Of a stretch of DNA of 64,000 nucleotides, positions 36,689 to 51,317 are shown in pieces. Each line of letters opens with the position of its first letter. Position 1 is the stretch's first letter. The position numbers and the translations under genes were made by a program. The notes under the pieces were generated by a model. The model saw nothing but the letters and a program-made list of their open reading frames with translations, had not been told where the DNA came from and searched no databases. The stretch comes from Balanoglossus misakiensis (lineage: Eukaryota > Animalia > Hemichordata): contig CM082576.2 of the NCBI GenBank assembly GCA_040954595.2, positions 18,647,028 through 18,711,027 of the forward strand, in the 5' to 3' direction.

Positions 36689-37615
36689 TAGCCGGGAGAC
36701 CAGGGCGTCGATCTAAAATACAACGCTCGGGGACAGTCGAGCAAGTACTGCTGAGCTGAAAGATAGTAGTCTTGGCAACGATCGAGGTCGCTTAGTAACA
36801 AATGGATAACGAGTGATCTATCAAATGTTGACGGGCGCCAGTGGTTGGATGATATAATTAAAGGCACGTAAGCTGTAACTGGATAAAAAATTAAAGTTTT
36901 AAATAATCTCATATATGCTTTTAATTATGTCTATTAAATGCTATTTCATGATAATATATCAAGCTCAACACTTATTTATGACAAAATGGCCAAAAATTAA
37001 AGAAAAACGAAAATTCCTGCAATTTTAAAAAAGCGCAATATTGCAATGAAAAATGAAAATCTGATGTCTCAGTGGTGTACATTTACTTCCATGAGCTCAA
37101 GTGGATGAGATCATGTTTTGTTTATGAAGTTTCACAACCGGAAATGCAACATTTTCATTGTTTCTTGCATTTTCCCACGGTGGCGGCCATAATCGCTTGC
37201 GGCAAAGCTTTATTATTTATCTGGTTAAAACTTGCATATGCACTCATACTTAGGGTTTATAATGCTTGTGTATTGTTCACTACCTTCATCTGTATGGGCT
37301 AATGGTAGTGCAGTTTGAAACAAAAATTATGAAAATTATCCCAAAAGTTACACCTTACGTGCCTTTAACAAAGCTTGGTTATGAATATTCATACGCCTTC
37401 AAAACCACTCCCACATCCCATCGCGGGAATTTCACACATGACTCCACCTCTATTTCCTTATTTAGAAGGCGACGATGTCATGTGGTTAACATTGAGTGAC
37501 CAATTAGCTTACACGCAAGATTTACCACACGTGTCGTTCTACGAACAGAATTCTGTTCGTAAATAGAGACTGTCCCCGGGCGTTTCTTTTCCCCGACGCC
37601 CTGGTCTCCAGGCTA
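36689..37615. mobile_element. Non-autonomous DNA transposon with TAG...CTA termini and 9-bp TSD (AcademH- or hATm-like)
   Basis: TIRs TAGCCGGGAGACCAGGGCGTCG / CGACGCCCTGGTCTCCAGGCTA. TGACAATCT is duplicated at 36680-36688 and 37616-37624. Confidence 0.85.
36862..37364. mobile_element. Kolobok-type MITE nested in the 9-bp-TSD element
   Basis: TTAA|AGGCACGTAAGCTGTAACT...AGTTACACCTTACGTGCCT|TTAA. Confidence 0.85.
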
Positions 37616-37926
37616 TGACAATCTCGCTGATAGGCGCAGCTGGAATTTATGTTTCTGTGGTATGATTATTGTATTTTATCAATGCACAATCACGATGGGC
37701 GAGTTTCAAGCAAGCAATTGGATTCGCTTCAATCCCTCACTAAAATCTAGACTGCACCACTGTATAATAACACAATACAGTCTTCTAGCCTCATGGTATA
37801 AACAGGAACTCTTGTCTGCTGGACATCCGGGTACTTTGGTCTACTGAGTGAACGCGTTACGTATAGAGGTAGCGCAAAGTGAAAACCTATTTAAGGCAGC
37901 CACAACAATCAGTGTTGACGTACATA

Positions 37927-38030
37927 CAATCTGACTAAAATCGCAGTTGGTATGACGACAGCATACTAATAATACTGTACCACATAAGTAAAAGACGTCG
38001 TCGTACCATACATCTGATTTTATTCAGATT
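37927..38030. mobile_element. ~105-bp hairpin mini-element, diverged copy
   Basis: AATCTGACTAAAATC...GATTTTATTCAGATT arms, with inner GGTATGACGAC / GTCGTCGTACC. Confidence 0.65.
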
Positions 38031-38046
38031 ACTGCATATTTGCATA

Positions 38047-38257
38047 TACTGTGAAACAAGTTATTTTCGCGAGCAATACATTTTCGCGAGATACGTGAGA
38101 GCCAAAATGGTATGAAAATAAGAGGTCGCATAATTATTTTTGAAGATAACGATGCAGTGAATGAAATAAGAGAACGCGAAAATTAATACTCGCGAAACAG
38201 TAGCCTCTCTCGATATCGTGAAAATTTCAACTCGCTAAAATAAAGTGTTTTACAGTA
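38047..38257. mobile_element. TA-flanked ~210-bp MITE
   Basis: TACTGTGAAAC...GTTTTACAGTA termini with repeated internal TTTTCGCGAG / CTCGCGAAA motifs. Confidence 0.75.
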
Positions 38258-38290
38258 GTTTATGTATGTAAAGTGTTCCTGATGTTAACA

Positions 38291-38401
38291 CAATCTGATT
38301 AAAATCAGATGTAGGCCTAGGGAATGGCGACGTAGTTTTTTGATGCTGCGACAGCATAAAAAACACGTCGCCGTTCCCTACATCTGATTTTAATCAGATT
38401 A
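38291..38401. mobile_element. ~110-bp hairpin mini-element
   Basis: Near-perfect palindrome AATCTGATTAAAATCAGATGTAGG...CCTACATCTGATTTTAATCAGATT, flanked by GTTAACA on both sides. Confidence 0.75.
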
Positions 38402-38515
38402 GCGTTAACATAACTTTATCAGAATAAGTTAACGCCATAACTTTGACAGAATAAGAGTTGCCTCAAACGGCTCTAACCGAATTTCCATTAATAGCAGAAC
38501 AAACAAGCTGTAATC

Positions 38516-40482
38516 AATACGCCAACCTTTAAAATATTACTTTAGAAAGTTTGTATTCATACTTTCTTCAAGTTGTCATAACGCTAACCCGAAATGTGTT
38601 TTAGTATTGCCTTTGTATTAATGGGCTAGATTCATGGCGTTATATGTCATAAATTAAAAAGACAACCCTTATTGTTTTTGATAATATTTATGTCGGAGAA
38701 TCCACAATGAAAAATATGTATTTTCAATTTCATAACTCAAAATAATTTCCAAATCCATGACCTTATTTTCAACTCCAATGATCGTACATCCTGAACCTTG
38801 TTCCAGTAAATGATTGGTCATTACAGGGTTAATGGGCACTCTCCCGTTCTCTTCCTCCGCAGTTTCATTCATGTTCTTGTTTGACGGAAATGGGTGTGAC
38901 CAGACGCTTGAATGTTTTCATGTGGGTTGAGTTGTTCATCGGGAACGGCCTCCTGGTGTGTCTGTACAGGTACGCAAGGAGAAACTGCCCACAAGAAGCT
39001 GCGAGTGAAACTATTTAAGGTAGTATGTGCCTCGCGGTCCGAGATTCAGACAAATGATAGTCCTCAAAACTTTTTCAAGTAATTGATTTACTAAAGTGTG
39101 TGGTGAGTCTCTTTGAAAACAACAACAATATTACTCATCATATTGTAATTTTTTGAAACTATAAAATGAAGTTGACAATGCACCAAACAGATTCTATTTA
39201 TTTCTTCATGACCATGTTCACCCCAAGGTCATATGGACCTGCAAGTATATGCCAGAGCCAGAGACGACATTACCGAAGCCAGAGTTTAAAGCTTACAGGT
39301 CACCCCTTGCCAGCTCATGACTAGCTAAACTGCCATGGATGCCAAGAGATATATGACTACGGTAACCTGTAGATGGTTTCAGTATGTTTGAAGAAAGTGG
39401 TGGCGCACTTTTGGCTACATTTGAAATGGCTATGGTACCAGTGGTTGAATTTGCAAAGGTGACCTTTGACCTGGCATCTTTAAAGATATTAAAGAACGAT
39501 TTACCATTCCTTGTTGTCGTAAAATGACATCTGTAATAACTTATATTTTATCTGTTCATCTTGAAGTACTATATATTTAAACGCCAATTTTCCATTGCCA
39601 ATCAAGTTTTTACAAATAAATTGTAATATGCATGTTGATTTTACAAAAACTCCTTACTTCCAAGTGAATTCTGTTACACATCACGTAACTATTTTCCCCA
39701 CGAATTCTTCAGTTGCTAACTCGGAAATTTCATATATTGGGCAGAAATTGGATACATTACCCAGCCATTAAAATTACAGTTTTCTATTTTAATTGATCGT
39801 CCATAACTTCAAGTACTTTGACTTGACATACATTAAAAACATCATGGTGAATAAATAAAAATTATTTGATTATCTAATTGTGCATGTTTACATGGTTTTA
39901 TTTTAGTATGCTGGGTACTTAATGTCTAATGGCTCGCTGATTTTATACTGTTCAAGATGACAATCTAATTTTAGTTTTCAGCTGATAATTGAAATCAATG
40001 ATTCAAAAAAATTGAATTTTGACATGAATAAACTTCTTGTTCATGGCAGTTGCTGTGTTTTGTTTCATTTGTATTCAATTTTTGCAAGCATACCATTGAG
40101 CACAGTTTGATTTGATTAAACACGTTTATCGGAAAATTTTGTCATTTGAAATATCTGTTTTTGCGCCCTCTACCATTTGACCAAATGATTCTCTTATTTT
40201 GGTGGCCTTTGTCTGTGTATATGAGAATACTATAGTACTCTCGCATCGATCATAGTAGAAGTTGAAAACGTCTCTTGCCACGTGGCCTGGAAGAAAGGCG
40301 ATCTTTAGAGTAAAAAAAACAAACTTTCCAGATAGGAAGCTAGAAAAGAAGTTGAATCGTTGAAATTTTATTTATTTTATATTGTTAATATCGTTGGTGA
40401 TGTTGACTGGCCGACAATCTTTGTCACACGAGTCTTTTCAGGCAGATTAAAACATTGCCTATTCCAGCAATAATCACAACAG
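38516..40482. repeat. ~2-kb dispersed duplicate, copy 2
   Basis: Direct-orientation paralogue of 21728-23695. Confidence 0.92.
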
Positions 40483-41461
40483 GAGTGTGTCACACAGGAG
40501 ACAGTTGGGATTATAGTCATAATCTACCTTAGTTTGTTGTCAACAACCAGATGTGGTCGCATTCCGTGCATCCGTGCATATTTTGGAACAACGACTCTAT
40601 CGAACAGACGTATTTCAAACACCTTGGAGAAAAACATCGATGACCAGTGGAATTGACTGTCGCTTGAAATCCGATAGGAATACACCTGTTTACGGTGGAC
40701 GATACCGACACTCCTCTGCTAACTTCATCTGCTCTGCTAACTATACCTGCTTTGATTAAGTTGCGGCTAAAACTTTCCTTACAATACAATGTGGGTCTCG
40801 ACTGTCGGTCCCAACTATAGCGACGACAGCCTCGGTATGTTTCGCCGATAGCAATCCGGAGATGAAATTTGCATACAGCAATATCTTTCAAGATAAATAA
40901 TTTATGTCCTAAAGGTATTACTTTTAGTGGTCTGACGGAGACGTTTTCTGCTGTAACATGCAAAACCTGCGGCGGACCTGAGGTCATGTTGCGAACACTG
41001 TAGTTTTGTTACGCCCGCCATCCTTCGGACGTTTACCTCATCGGGGCTTCTTTGGGGAATCAGCCACGTCCGAAGGGTGAGAGTGTAAATTCTCTCCCTC
41101 TCCTTCTCCACCCAACATATTCATAGAGTCAGAGAGAGGTACCCGGCATATCGTAAACTTAACGAGAGGCATAACGAGACTTTCAACAAGTTTTCCGAGT
41201 AACACAAATAGTTCTGGTTTATTACTGGTCACACGTAAGAATTACACGACTCTATCCATGCTCGTTGACTCCCGTCACGGATCTCCGGTGATAATAATGT
41301 GATATCAAATTTCATCACCTCTTATTAATACGTTAGTCAAGTATTATGTCATAAAAGGAACACGTCATCTTAATATTTCTTAAACATGAACTTAGCTCGT
41401 GATATCTCTATCTCGTTCTGACATGTATCAATTACACAATCTTGTTTACTCTGAGTGAAGT

Positions 41462-44400
41462 ACCTATTTTTTTGATGATTTTCACCGGTTTTTTTTTTCA
41501 AAAATCGACGAACCCATGATTTTTTTCAAAATCGACGAAATTTTGAGATTTTGCAGTCGAAAATTTGTCATTTTGTTGATTTTCACCCATGTTTTTTTTA
41601 AACAATCGACGAACCCATGATTTTTTTTCAAAATCGACGAACTTTTGAGATTTGGAAAATCGAAAATTTGTCATTTTTTGATGATTTTCACCCATGATTT
41701 TTTTACAAAAATCGACGAACCCATGATTTTTTTCAAAATCGACGAAATTTTGAGGTTTGGCAAAGTCGAAAATGTTTCATTTTTTGATGATTTTCACCAT
41801 GTTTTTTTTTAAAAATCAACGAACCCATGATTTTTTTTCAAAATCGACGAAATTTTGAAATTTTGCAGTCGAAAATTTGTAAATTTTTGATGATTTTCAC
41901 TCATGTTTTTTTAAAAAATCAACGAACCCATGATTTTTTTCAAAATCGACGAAATTTTGAGATTTTGCAAAGTCGAAAATTCACCCATGTTTTTTTTCAA
42001 AAATCGACGAACCCATAATTTTTTTCAAAATCGACGAAATTTTGAGATTTTGCAAAATCAAAAATTTGTCATTTTTTGATGATTTTCACCATGATTTTTT
42101 TCAAAAATCGACCAAATTTTGAGTTTTTGCAGTCGAAAATTTGTAATTTTTTGATGATTTTCACCCATGTTTTTTTTTCAAAAATCGACGAACCCATGAT
42201 TTTTTTCGAAATCGACGAAATTTTGAGATTTTGCATTCGAAAATTTGTCATTTTTTGATGATTTTCACCCATGATTCTTTTCAAAAATCGACGAACCCAT
42301 AATTTTTTTCAAAATCGACGAAATTTTGAGATTTCGCAAAGTTGAAAATTTGACATTTGTTGATGATTTTCATGAGCTATAGCCCATGATTTTTTTTTTC
42401 AAAAATCGACGAAATTTTGAGATTTGCAAAGTCGAACATTGGTCATTTTGATGATTTTCACCCATTTTTTTTTTCAAAAATCGACGAACCCATGATTTTT
42501 TTTCAAAATCGACGAAATTTTGAGATTTTGCAAAGTCGAAAATTTGTCATTTTTTGATGATTTTCATCCATGTTTTTTTTCACAATTCAACGAACCCATG
42601 ATTGTTTTCAAAATCGACGAAATTTTGAGATTTTGCAAGAACCCATGATTTTTTTCAAATTCGACGAAATTTTGAGATTTTGCAAAGTCGAAAATTTGTC
42701 ATTTTTTGATGATTTTCACCCATGATTTTTTGCAAAAATCGACGAACCCATGATTTTTTTCCAAAATCGACGAAATTTTGAGATTTTGCAAAGTCGAAAA
42801 TTTGTCATTTTTTGATGATTTTCATCCATGTTTTTTTTTCAAAATTCAACGAACCCATGATTTTTTTCAAAATCGACGAAATTTTGAGATTTTGCAAGAA
42901 CCCATGATTTTTTTCAAAATCTCAAAATTTCGTCGATTTTGAAAAAAATCATGGGTTCGTCGATTTTTGAAAAAAAACATGGGAGAAAATCTTCAAAAAA
43001 TGGGAATTTTGTCGATTTTTGAAAAAAAAAATCATGGGTGAAAATCATCAAAAAATGACAAATTTTCGACTTTGCAAAATCTCAAAATTTCGTCGATTTT
43101 TGAGAAAAATCATGGGTGAAAATCATCAAAAAATGACAAATTTTCGACTTTGCAAAATCTCAAAATTTCGTCGATTTTTGAAAAAAAACATGGATGAAAA
43201 TCATCGAAAAATGACAAATTTTCGAGTGCAAAATCTCAAAATTTCGTCGATTTTTGAGAAAAATCATGGGTGAAAATCATCAAAAAATGACAAATTTTCG
43301 ACTTTGCAAAATCTCAAAATTTCGTCGATTTTTGAAAAAAAACATGGATGAAAATCATCGAAAAATGACAAATTTTCGACTGCAAAATCTCAAAATTTTG
43401 TCGATTTTGAAAAAAGTATGGGTTCGTCGATTTTTAAAAAAAATCATGGGTGAAAATCATCAAAAAATGACAAATTTTCGACTTTGCAAGAACTTCGAAA
43501 TTTTCGTCGTTTTTTGAAAAAAAAAATCGTGGGGGGGGGGGAAATCATAAAAAAATGACAAATTTTCGACTTTGCAAAATCTCAATATATCGTCGATTTT
43601 GGAAAAAAAAAACATGGGTTCGTCGAAAAAAAAACATGGGTGAAAATCATCAAAAAATGACAAATTTTCGACTTTGCAAAATCTCAAAAGTCCGTCGAGT
43701 TGAAAAAAAACATGGGTGAAAATCTTCAAAAAATGACAAATTTTCGACTTTGCAAAAACTCAAAATTTCGTCGATTTTTGAAAAAAAATGGGTGAAAATC
43801 ATCAAAAATGACAAAGTTTCGACTTTGCAAAATCTCAAAATTTCATCGATTTCTGAATAAAATCATAGGGGAAAATCATCAAAAAATGACAAATTTTCGA
43901 CTGCAAAATCTTAAAATTTCGTCAATTTTTGAAAAAAATCATGGGTGAAAATCATCAAAAAATGACAAATTTTCGACTGCAAAATCTCAAAATTTTGTCG
44001 ATTTTGAAAAAAGTATGGGTTCGTCGATTTTTAAAAAAAATCATGGGTGAAAATCATCAAAAAATGACAAATTTTCGACTTTGCAAGAACTTCGAGATTT
44101 TCGTCGATTTTTGAAAAAAAAAAATCGTGGGGGGGGGGGGGAAGTCATAAAAAAAATGACAAATTTTCGACTTTGCAAAATCTCAAAATATCGTCGATTT
44201 TGGAGAAAAAAAAAAAGGGTTCGTCGAAAAAAAAACATGGGTGAAAATCATCAAAAAATGACAAATTTTCGACTTTGCAAAATCTCAAAAGTCCGTCGAT
44301 TTTGAAAAAAAACATGGGTGAAAATCTTCAAAAAATGACAAATTTTCGACTTTGCAAAAACTCAAAATTTCGTCGATTTTTGAAAAAAAATGGGTGAAAA

Positions 44401-47400
44401 TCATCAAAAATGACAAAGTTTCGACTTTGCAAAATCTCAAAATTTCGAAAATTTGTCATTTTTTGATGATTTTCACCCATGATTTTTTTCAAAAATCGAC
44501 GAACCCATAATTTTTTTCAAAATCGACAAAATTTTGAGATTTCGCAAAGTTGAAAATTTGACATTTGTTGATGATTTTCATGAGCTATAGCCCATGATTT
44601 TTTTTTCAAAAATCGACGAACCCATGTTTTTTTTTCAAAAATCGACGATTTTTTGAGATTTCGCAAAGTTGAAAATTTGACATTTGTTGATGATTTTCAT
44701 GAGGTATAGCCCATGATTTTTTTTTTCAAAAATCGACGAAATTTTGAGATTTGCAAAGTCGAACATTGGTCATTTTGATGATTTTCACCCATTTTTTTTT
44801 TCAAAAATCGACGAACCCATGATTTTTTTTCAAAATCGACGAAATTTTGAGATTTTGCAAAGTCGAAAATTTGTCATTTTTTGATGATTTTCATCCATGT
44901 TTTTTTCACAATTCAACGAACCCATGATTGTTTTCAAAATCGACGAAATTTTGAGATTTTGCAAGAACCCATGATTTTTTTCAAATTCGACGAAATTTTG
45001 AGATTTTGCAAAGTCGAAAATTTGTCATTTTTTGATGATTTTCACCCATGATTTTTTGCAAAAATCGACGAACCCATGATTTTTTTCCAAAATCGACGAA
45101 ATTTTGAGATTTTGCAAAGTCGAAAATTTGTCATTTTTTGATGATTTTAATCCATGTTTTTTTTTCAAAATTCAACGAACCCATGATTTTTTTCAAAATC
45201 GACGAAATTTTGAGATTTTGCAAGAACCCATGATTTTTTTCAAAATCTCAAAATTTCGTCGATTTTGAAAAAAATCATGGGTTCGTCGATTTTTGAAAAA
45301 AAACATGGGAGAAAATCTTCAAAAAATGGGAATTTTGTCGATTTTTGAAAAAAAAAATCATGGGTGAAAATCATCAAAAAATGACAAATTTTCGACTTTG
45401 CAAAATCTCAAAATTTCGTCGATTTTTGAGAAAAATCATGGGTGAAAATCATCAAAAAATGACAAATTTTCGACTTTGCAAAATCTCAAAATTTCGTCGA
45501 TTTTTGAAAAAAAACATGGATGAAAATCATCGAAAAATGACAAATTTTCGACTGCAAAATCTCAAAATTTCGTCGATTTTTGAGAAAAATCATGGGTGAA
45601 AATCATCAAAAAATGACAAATTTTCGACTTTGCAAAATCTCAAAATTTCGTCGATTTTTGAAAAAAAACATGGATGAAAATCATCGAAAAATGACAAATT
45701 TTCGACTGCAAAATCTCAAAATTTTGTCGATTTTGAAAAAAGTATGGGTTCGTCGATTTTTAAAAAAAATCATGGGTGAAAATCATCAAAAAATGACAAA
45801 TTTTCGACTTTGCAAGAACTTCGAGATTTTCGTCGATTTTTGAAAAAAAAAATCGTGGGGGGGGGGGAAATCATAAAAAAATGACAAATTTTCGACTTTG
45901 CAAAATCTCAATATATCGTCGATTTTGGAAAAAAAAACATGGGTTCGTCGAAAAAAAACATGGGTGAAAATCATCAAAAAATGACATATTTTCGACTTTG
46001 CAAAATCTCAAAAGTCCGTCGATTTTGAAAAAAAACATGGGTGAAAATCTTCAAAAAATGACAAATTTTCGACTTTGCAAAAACTCAAAATTTCGTCGAT
46101 TTTTGAAAAAAAATGGGTGAAAATCATCAAAAATGACAAAGTTTCGACTTTGCAAAATCTCAAAATTTCATCGATTTCTGAAAAAAATCATAGGGGAAAA
46201 TCATCAAAAAATGACAAATTTTCGACTGCAAAATCTTAAAATTTCGTCAATTTTTGAAAAAAATCATGGGTAAAAATCATCAATAAATGAAAAATTTTCG
46301 ACTTTGCAAAATCTCAAAATTTCGTCGATTTTTGAAAAAAATCATGGGTGAAAATCATCAAAAAATGACAAATTTTCGACTTTGCAAAATTTTCAAAAAT
46401 TCGTCGATTTTTGAAAAAAAAAATGGGTTATAGCTTATGAAAGTCATCAACAAATGACATTTTCGACTGCAAAATCTTAAAATTTCGTCGATTTTTGAAA
46501 AAAAAACATGGATGAAAATCATCAAAAAATGACAAATTTTCGACTGCAAAATCTCAAAATTTTGTCGATTTTGAAAAAAGTATGGGTTCGTCGATTTTTA
46601 AAAAAAATCATGGGTGAAAATCATCAAAAAATGACAAATTTTCGACTTTGCAAGAACTTCGAGATTTTCGTCGATTTTTGAAAAAAAAAATCGTGGGGGG
46701 GGAAATCATAAAAAAATGACAAATTTTCGTCTTTGCAAAATCTCAAAATATCGTCGATTTTGGAAAAAAAAAACATGGGTTCGTCGAAAAAAAAACATGG
46801 GTGAAAATCATCAAAAAATGACAAATTTTCGACTTTGCAAAATCTCAAAAGTCCGTCGATTTTGAAAAAAAACATGGGTGAAAATCTTCAAAAAATGACA
46901 AATTTTCGACTTTGCAAAAACTCAAAATTTCGTCGATTTTTGAAAAAAAATGGGTGAAAATCATCAAAAATGACAAAGTTTCGACTTTGCAAAATCTCAA
47001 AATTTCGAAAATTTGTCATTTTTTGATGATTTTCACCCATGATTTTTTTCAAAAATCGACGAACCCATAATTTTTTTCAAAATCGACAAAATTTTGAGAT
47101 TTCGCAAAGTTGAAAATTTGACATTTGTTGATGATTTTCATGAGCTATAGCCCATGATTTTTTTTTCAAAAATCGACGAACCCATGTTTTTTTTTCAAAA
47201 ATCGACGATTTTTTGAGATTTCGCAAAGTTGAAAATTTGACATTTGTTGATGATTTTCATGAGGTATAGCCCATGATTTTTTTTTTCAAAAATCGACGAA
47301 ATTTTGAGATTTGCAAAGTCGAACATTGGTCATTTTGATGATTTTCACCCATTTTTTTTTTCAAAAATCGACGAACCCATGATTTTTTTTCAAAATCGAC

Positions 47401-50400
47401 GAAATTTTGAGATTTTGCAAAGTCGAAAATTTGTCATTTTTTGATGATTTTCATCCATGTTTTTTTCACAATTCAACGAACCCATGATTGTTTTCAAAAT
47501 CGACGAAATTTTGAGATTTTGCAAGAACCCATGATTTTTTTCAAATTCGACGAAATTTTGAGATTTTGCAAAGTCGAAAATTTGTCATTTTTTGATGATT
47601 TTCACCCATGATTTTTTGCAAAAATCGACGAACCCATGATTTTTTTCCAAAATCGACGAAATTTTGAGATTTTGCAAAGTCGAAAATTTGTCATTTTTTG
47701 ATGATTTTAATCCATGTTTTTTTTTCAAAATTCAACGAACCCATGATTTTTTTCAAAATCGACGAAATTTTGAGATTTTGCAAGAACCCATGATTTTTTT
47801 CAAAATCTCAAAATTTCGTCGATTTTGAAAAAAATCATGGGTTCGTCGATTTTTGAAAAAAAACATGGGAGAAAATCTTCAAAAAATGGGAATTTTGTCG
47901 ATTTTTGAAAAAAAAAATCATGGGTGAAAATCATCAAAAAATGACAAATTTTCGACTTTGCAAAATCTCAAAATTTCGTCGATTTTTGAGAAAAATCATG
48001 GGTGAAAATCATCAAAAAATGACAAATTTTCGACTTTGCAAAATCTCAAAATTTCGTCGATTTTTGAAAAAAAACATGGATGAAAATCATCGAAAAATGA
48101 CAAATTTTCGACTGCAAAATCTCAAAATTTCGTCGATTTTTGAGAAAAATCATGGGTGAAAATCATCAAAAAATGACAAATTTTCGACTTTGCAAAATCT
48201 CAAAATTTCGTCGATTTTTGAAAAAAAACATGGATGAAAATCATCGAAAAATGACAAATTTTCGACTGCAAAATCTCAAAATTTTGTCGATTTTGAAAAA
48301 AGTATGGGTTCGTCGATTTTTAAAAAAAATCATGGGTGAAAATCATCAAAAAATGACAAATTTTCGACTTTGCAAGAACTTCGAGATTTTCGTCGATTTT
48401 TGAAAAAAAAAATCGTGGGGGGGGGAAATCATAAAAAAATGACAAATTTTCGACTTTGCAAAATCTCAATATATCGTCGATTTTGGAAAAAAAAACATGG
48501 GTTCGTCGAAAAAAAACATGGGTGAAAATCATCAAAAAATGACATATTTTCGACTTTGCAAAATCTCAAAAGTCCGTCGATTTTGAAAAAAAACATGGGT
48601 GAAAATCTTCAAAAAATGACAAATTTTCGACTTTGCAAAAACTCAAAATTTCGTCGATTTTTGAAAAAAAATGGGTGAAAATCATCAAAAATGACAAAGT
48701 TTCGACTTTGCAAAATCTCAAAATTTCATCGATTTCTGAAAAAAATCATAGGGGAAAATCATCAAAAAATGACAAATTTTCGACTGCAAAATCTTAAAAT
48801 TTCGTCAATTTTTGAAAAAAATCATGGGTAAAAATCATCAATAAATGAAAAATTTTCGACTTTGCAAAATCTCAAAATTTCGTCGATTTTTGAAAAAAAT
48901 CATGGGTGAAAATCATCAAAAAATGACAAATTTTCGACTTTGCAAAATTTTCAAAAATTCGTCGATTTTTGAAAAAAAAAATGGGTTATAGCTTATGAAA
49001 GTCATCAACAAATGACATTTTCGACTGCAAAATCTTAAAATTTCGTCGATTTTTGAAAAAAAAACATGGATGAAAATCATCAAAAAATGACAAATTTTCG
49101 ACTGCAAAATCTCAAAATTTTGTCGATTTTGAAAAAAGTATGGGTTCGTCGATTTTTAAAAAAAATCATGGGTGAAAATCATCAAAAAATGACAAATTTT
49201 CGACTTTGCAAGAACTTCGAGATTTTCGTCGATTTTTGAAAAAAAAAATCGTGGGGGGGGAAATCATAAAAAAATGACAAATTTTCGTCTTTGCAAAATC
49301 TCAAAATATCGTCGATTTTGGAAAAAAAAAACATGGGTTCGTCGAAAAAAAAACATGGGTGAAAATCATCAAAAAATGACAAATTTTCGACTTTGCAAAA
49401 TCTCAAAAGTCCGTCGATTTTGAAAAAAAACATGGGTGAAAATCTTCAAAAAATGACAAATTTTCGACTTTGCAAAAACTCAAAATTTCGTCGATTTTTG
49501 AAAAAAAATGGGTGAAAATCATCAAAAATGACAAAGTTTCGACTTTGCAAAATCTCAAAAATTTCATCGATTTCTGAAAAAAATCATAGGGGAAAATCAT
49601 CAAAAAATGACAAATTTTCGACTGCACAACCTTAAAATTTCGTCAATTTTTGAAAAAAAATCATGGGTAAAAATCATCAATAAATGAAAAATTTTCGACT
49701 TTGCAAAATCTCAAAATTTCGTCGATTTTTGAAAAAAATCATGGGTGAAAATCATCAAAAAATGACAAATTTTCGACTTTGCAAAATTTTCAAAAATTCG
49801 TTGATTTTTGAAAAAAAAATGGGTTATAGCTTATGAAAATCATCAACAAATGACAAATTTTCGACTTTGCAAAATCTCAAAATTTCGTCGATTTTGAAAA
49901 AAATCATGGTTTCGTCGATTTTTGAAAAAAAACATGGGTGAAAATCTTCAAAAAATGACAAATTTTCGACTTTGCAAAAACTGAAAATTTCGTCGATTTT
50001 TGAAAAAAATAATGGGTTAAAATCATCAAAAAAGACAAAGTCTCGACTTTGCAAAATATCAAAATTTCGTCGATTTCTGAAAAAAATCATGGGTAAAATC
50101 GTCAAAAAAATGACAGATTTTCGACAGCAAAATCTTAAAATTTCGTCAATTTTTGAAAAAAAAAATCGTGGGGGGAGGGAAATCATCAAAAAAATGACAA
50201 ATTTTCGACTTTGCAAAATTTTCAAAAATTCGTCGATTTTTGAAAAAAAAAACATGGGTTCGTCCATTTTTGAAAAAAAAACATGGGTGAAAATCATCAA
50301 CAAATGACAAATGTTCAACTTTGCAAAATCTCAAAATATTGTCGATTTTTGAAAAAAAACATGGGTTCGTCGATTTTTGAAAAAAAAAAAACATGGGTGA

Positions 50401-50420
50401 AAATCGTCAAAAAATGACAC
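41462..50420. repeat. Satellite B (~78-bp A/T-tract monomer) with alternating orientation blocks
   Basis: Unit GATTTTCACCCATGATTTTTTTCAAAAATCGACGAAATTTTGAGATTTTGCAAAGTCGAAAATTTGTCATTTTTTGAT, seen as a 26-codon period in shadow ORFs. Strand flips at ~42915, ~44445, ~45243, ~47005 and ~47803. Confidence 0.97.
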
Positions 50421-51122
50421 ATTTTTATCGTGGCCCCTACACGTCAATTTTAATTTATTATTTTGAAAGTTAAACTTTAATTTTAGATAGACAATATCTT
50501 TTCCCAAGAAGTAAACTTTAATTTTGGTGGCGGCAACTAATTTTGATGGACAAAACTTTTTGATTTTGACAATAAAACTTTAATTTTAATTATCACAAAT
50601 TTTATTTTAGAGAACCAAATTTTATTTTTCGAAAGCAAATTTTATTTTTTCCAAGAATAATATTTTAATAAGGATTTATTTTGTCCAAAATAAACAGTAA
50701 CAACTTGAGATAAACTTATTCATACTACGTGGATTTTTTTTTCAAAAAGGTATGTTTTAATTTTTAAAGAAAAAGTTCATTTTGTAAAATAACAAATTAT
50801 TTTTCCCAGGTGAAAATATTTTACGGAGTTAAATTTTAATTTACATTTAAATAACCTTTAAACACTCGAGATAAAATTATATGTACTCGATGGAATTATT
50901 TAACTTTTTAAAACAAAATGTTTTTATTGCTTAAGAAAAAACAAATATTTACTAATGTTACAAATTATTTTTCCCGGGTGAAAAGTTTATTTTACAGGGA
51001 TCAATTTAATTTATAACACACCATGCAGCGAACCCTCGATCGTGATTCGTCAATACGACGTCACGTGACCTTAGTCATTTCGAACTGTTGCCTTGGGCAT
51101 CAGTTCGATAGGTTTGGTGTGT

Positions 51123-51317
51123 TATAAAACACATGATGGCTGACATATTCGGGCAACAGTGTATTTTTAATGACCTCGGGACTGCCAGTCACACCAAAAC
51201 AGTCTGTTTTCCCTCGGGCTATGCCCTCGGGAAAACAAGACTGTTTTAGTTGTGACTAGCAGCACCCTCGGTCATCAAAATACACTGTTGCCCTCATTGT
51301 CAGTCATCATGTGTATA
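51123..51317. mobile_element. ~195-bp palindromic MITE in the left arm of the fold-back (also 56261-56455)
   Basis: ACACATGATGGCTGACA...TGTCAGTCATCATGTGT with pairing continuing to the centre. TATA at both ends; absent from the right arm. Confidence 0.8.

Noticed and set aside
40529-40987. 152-aa minus-strand ORF as a real gene
   Set aside because: No recognisable domain or gene context, so it is kept only as part of a low-interest finding.
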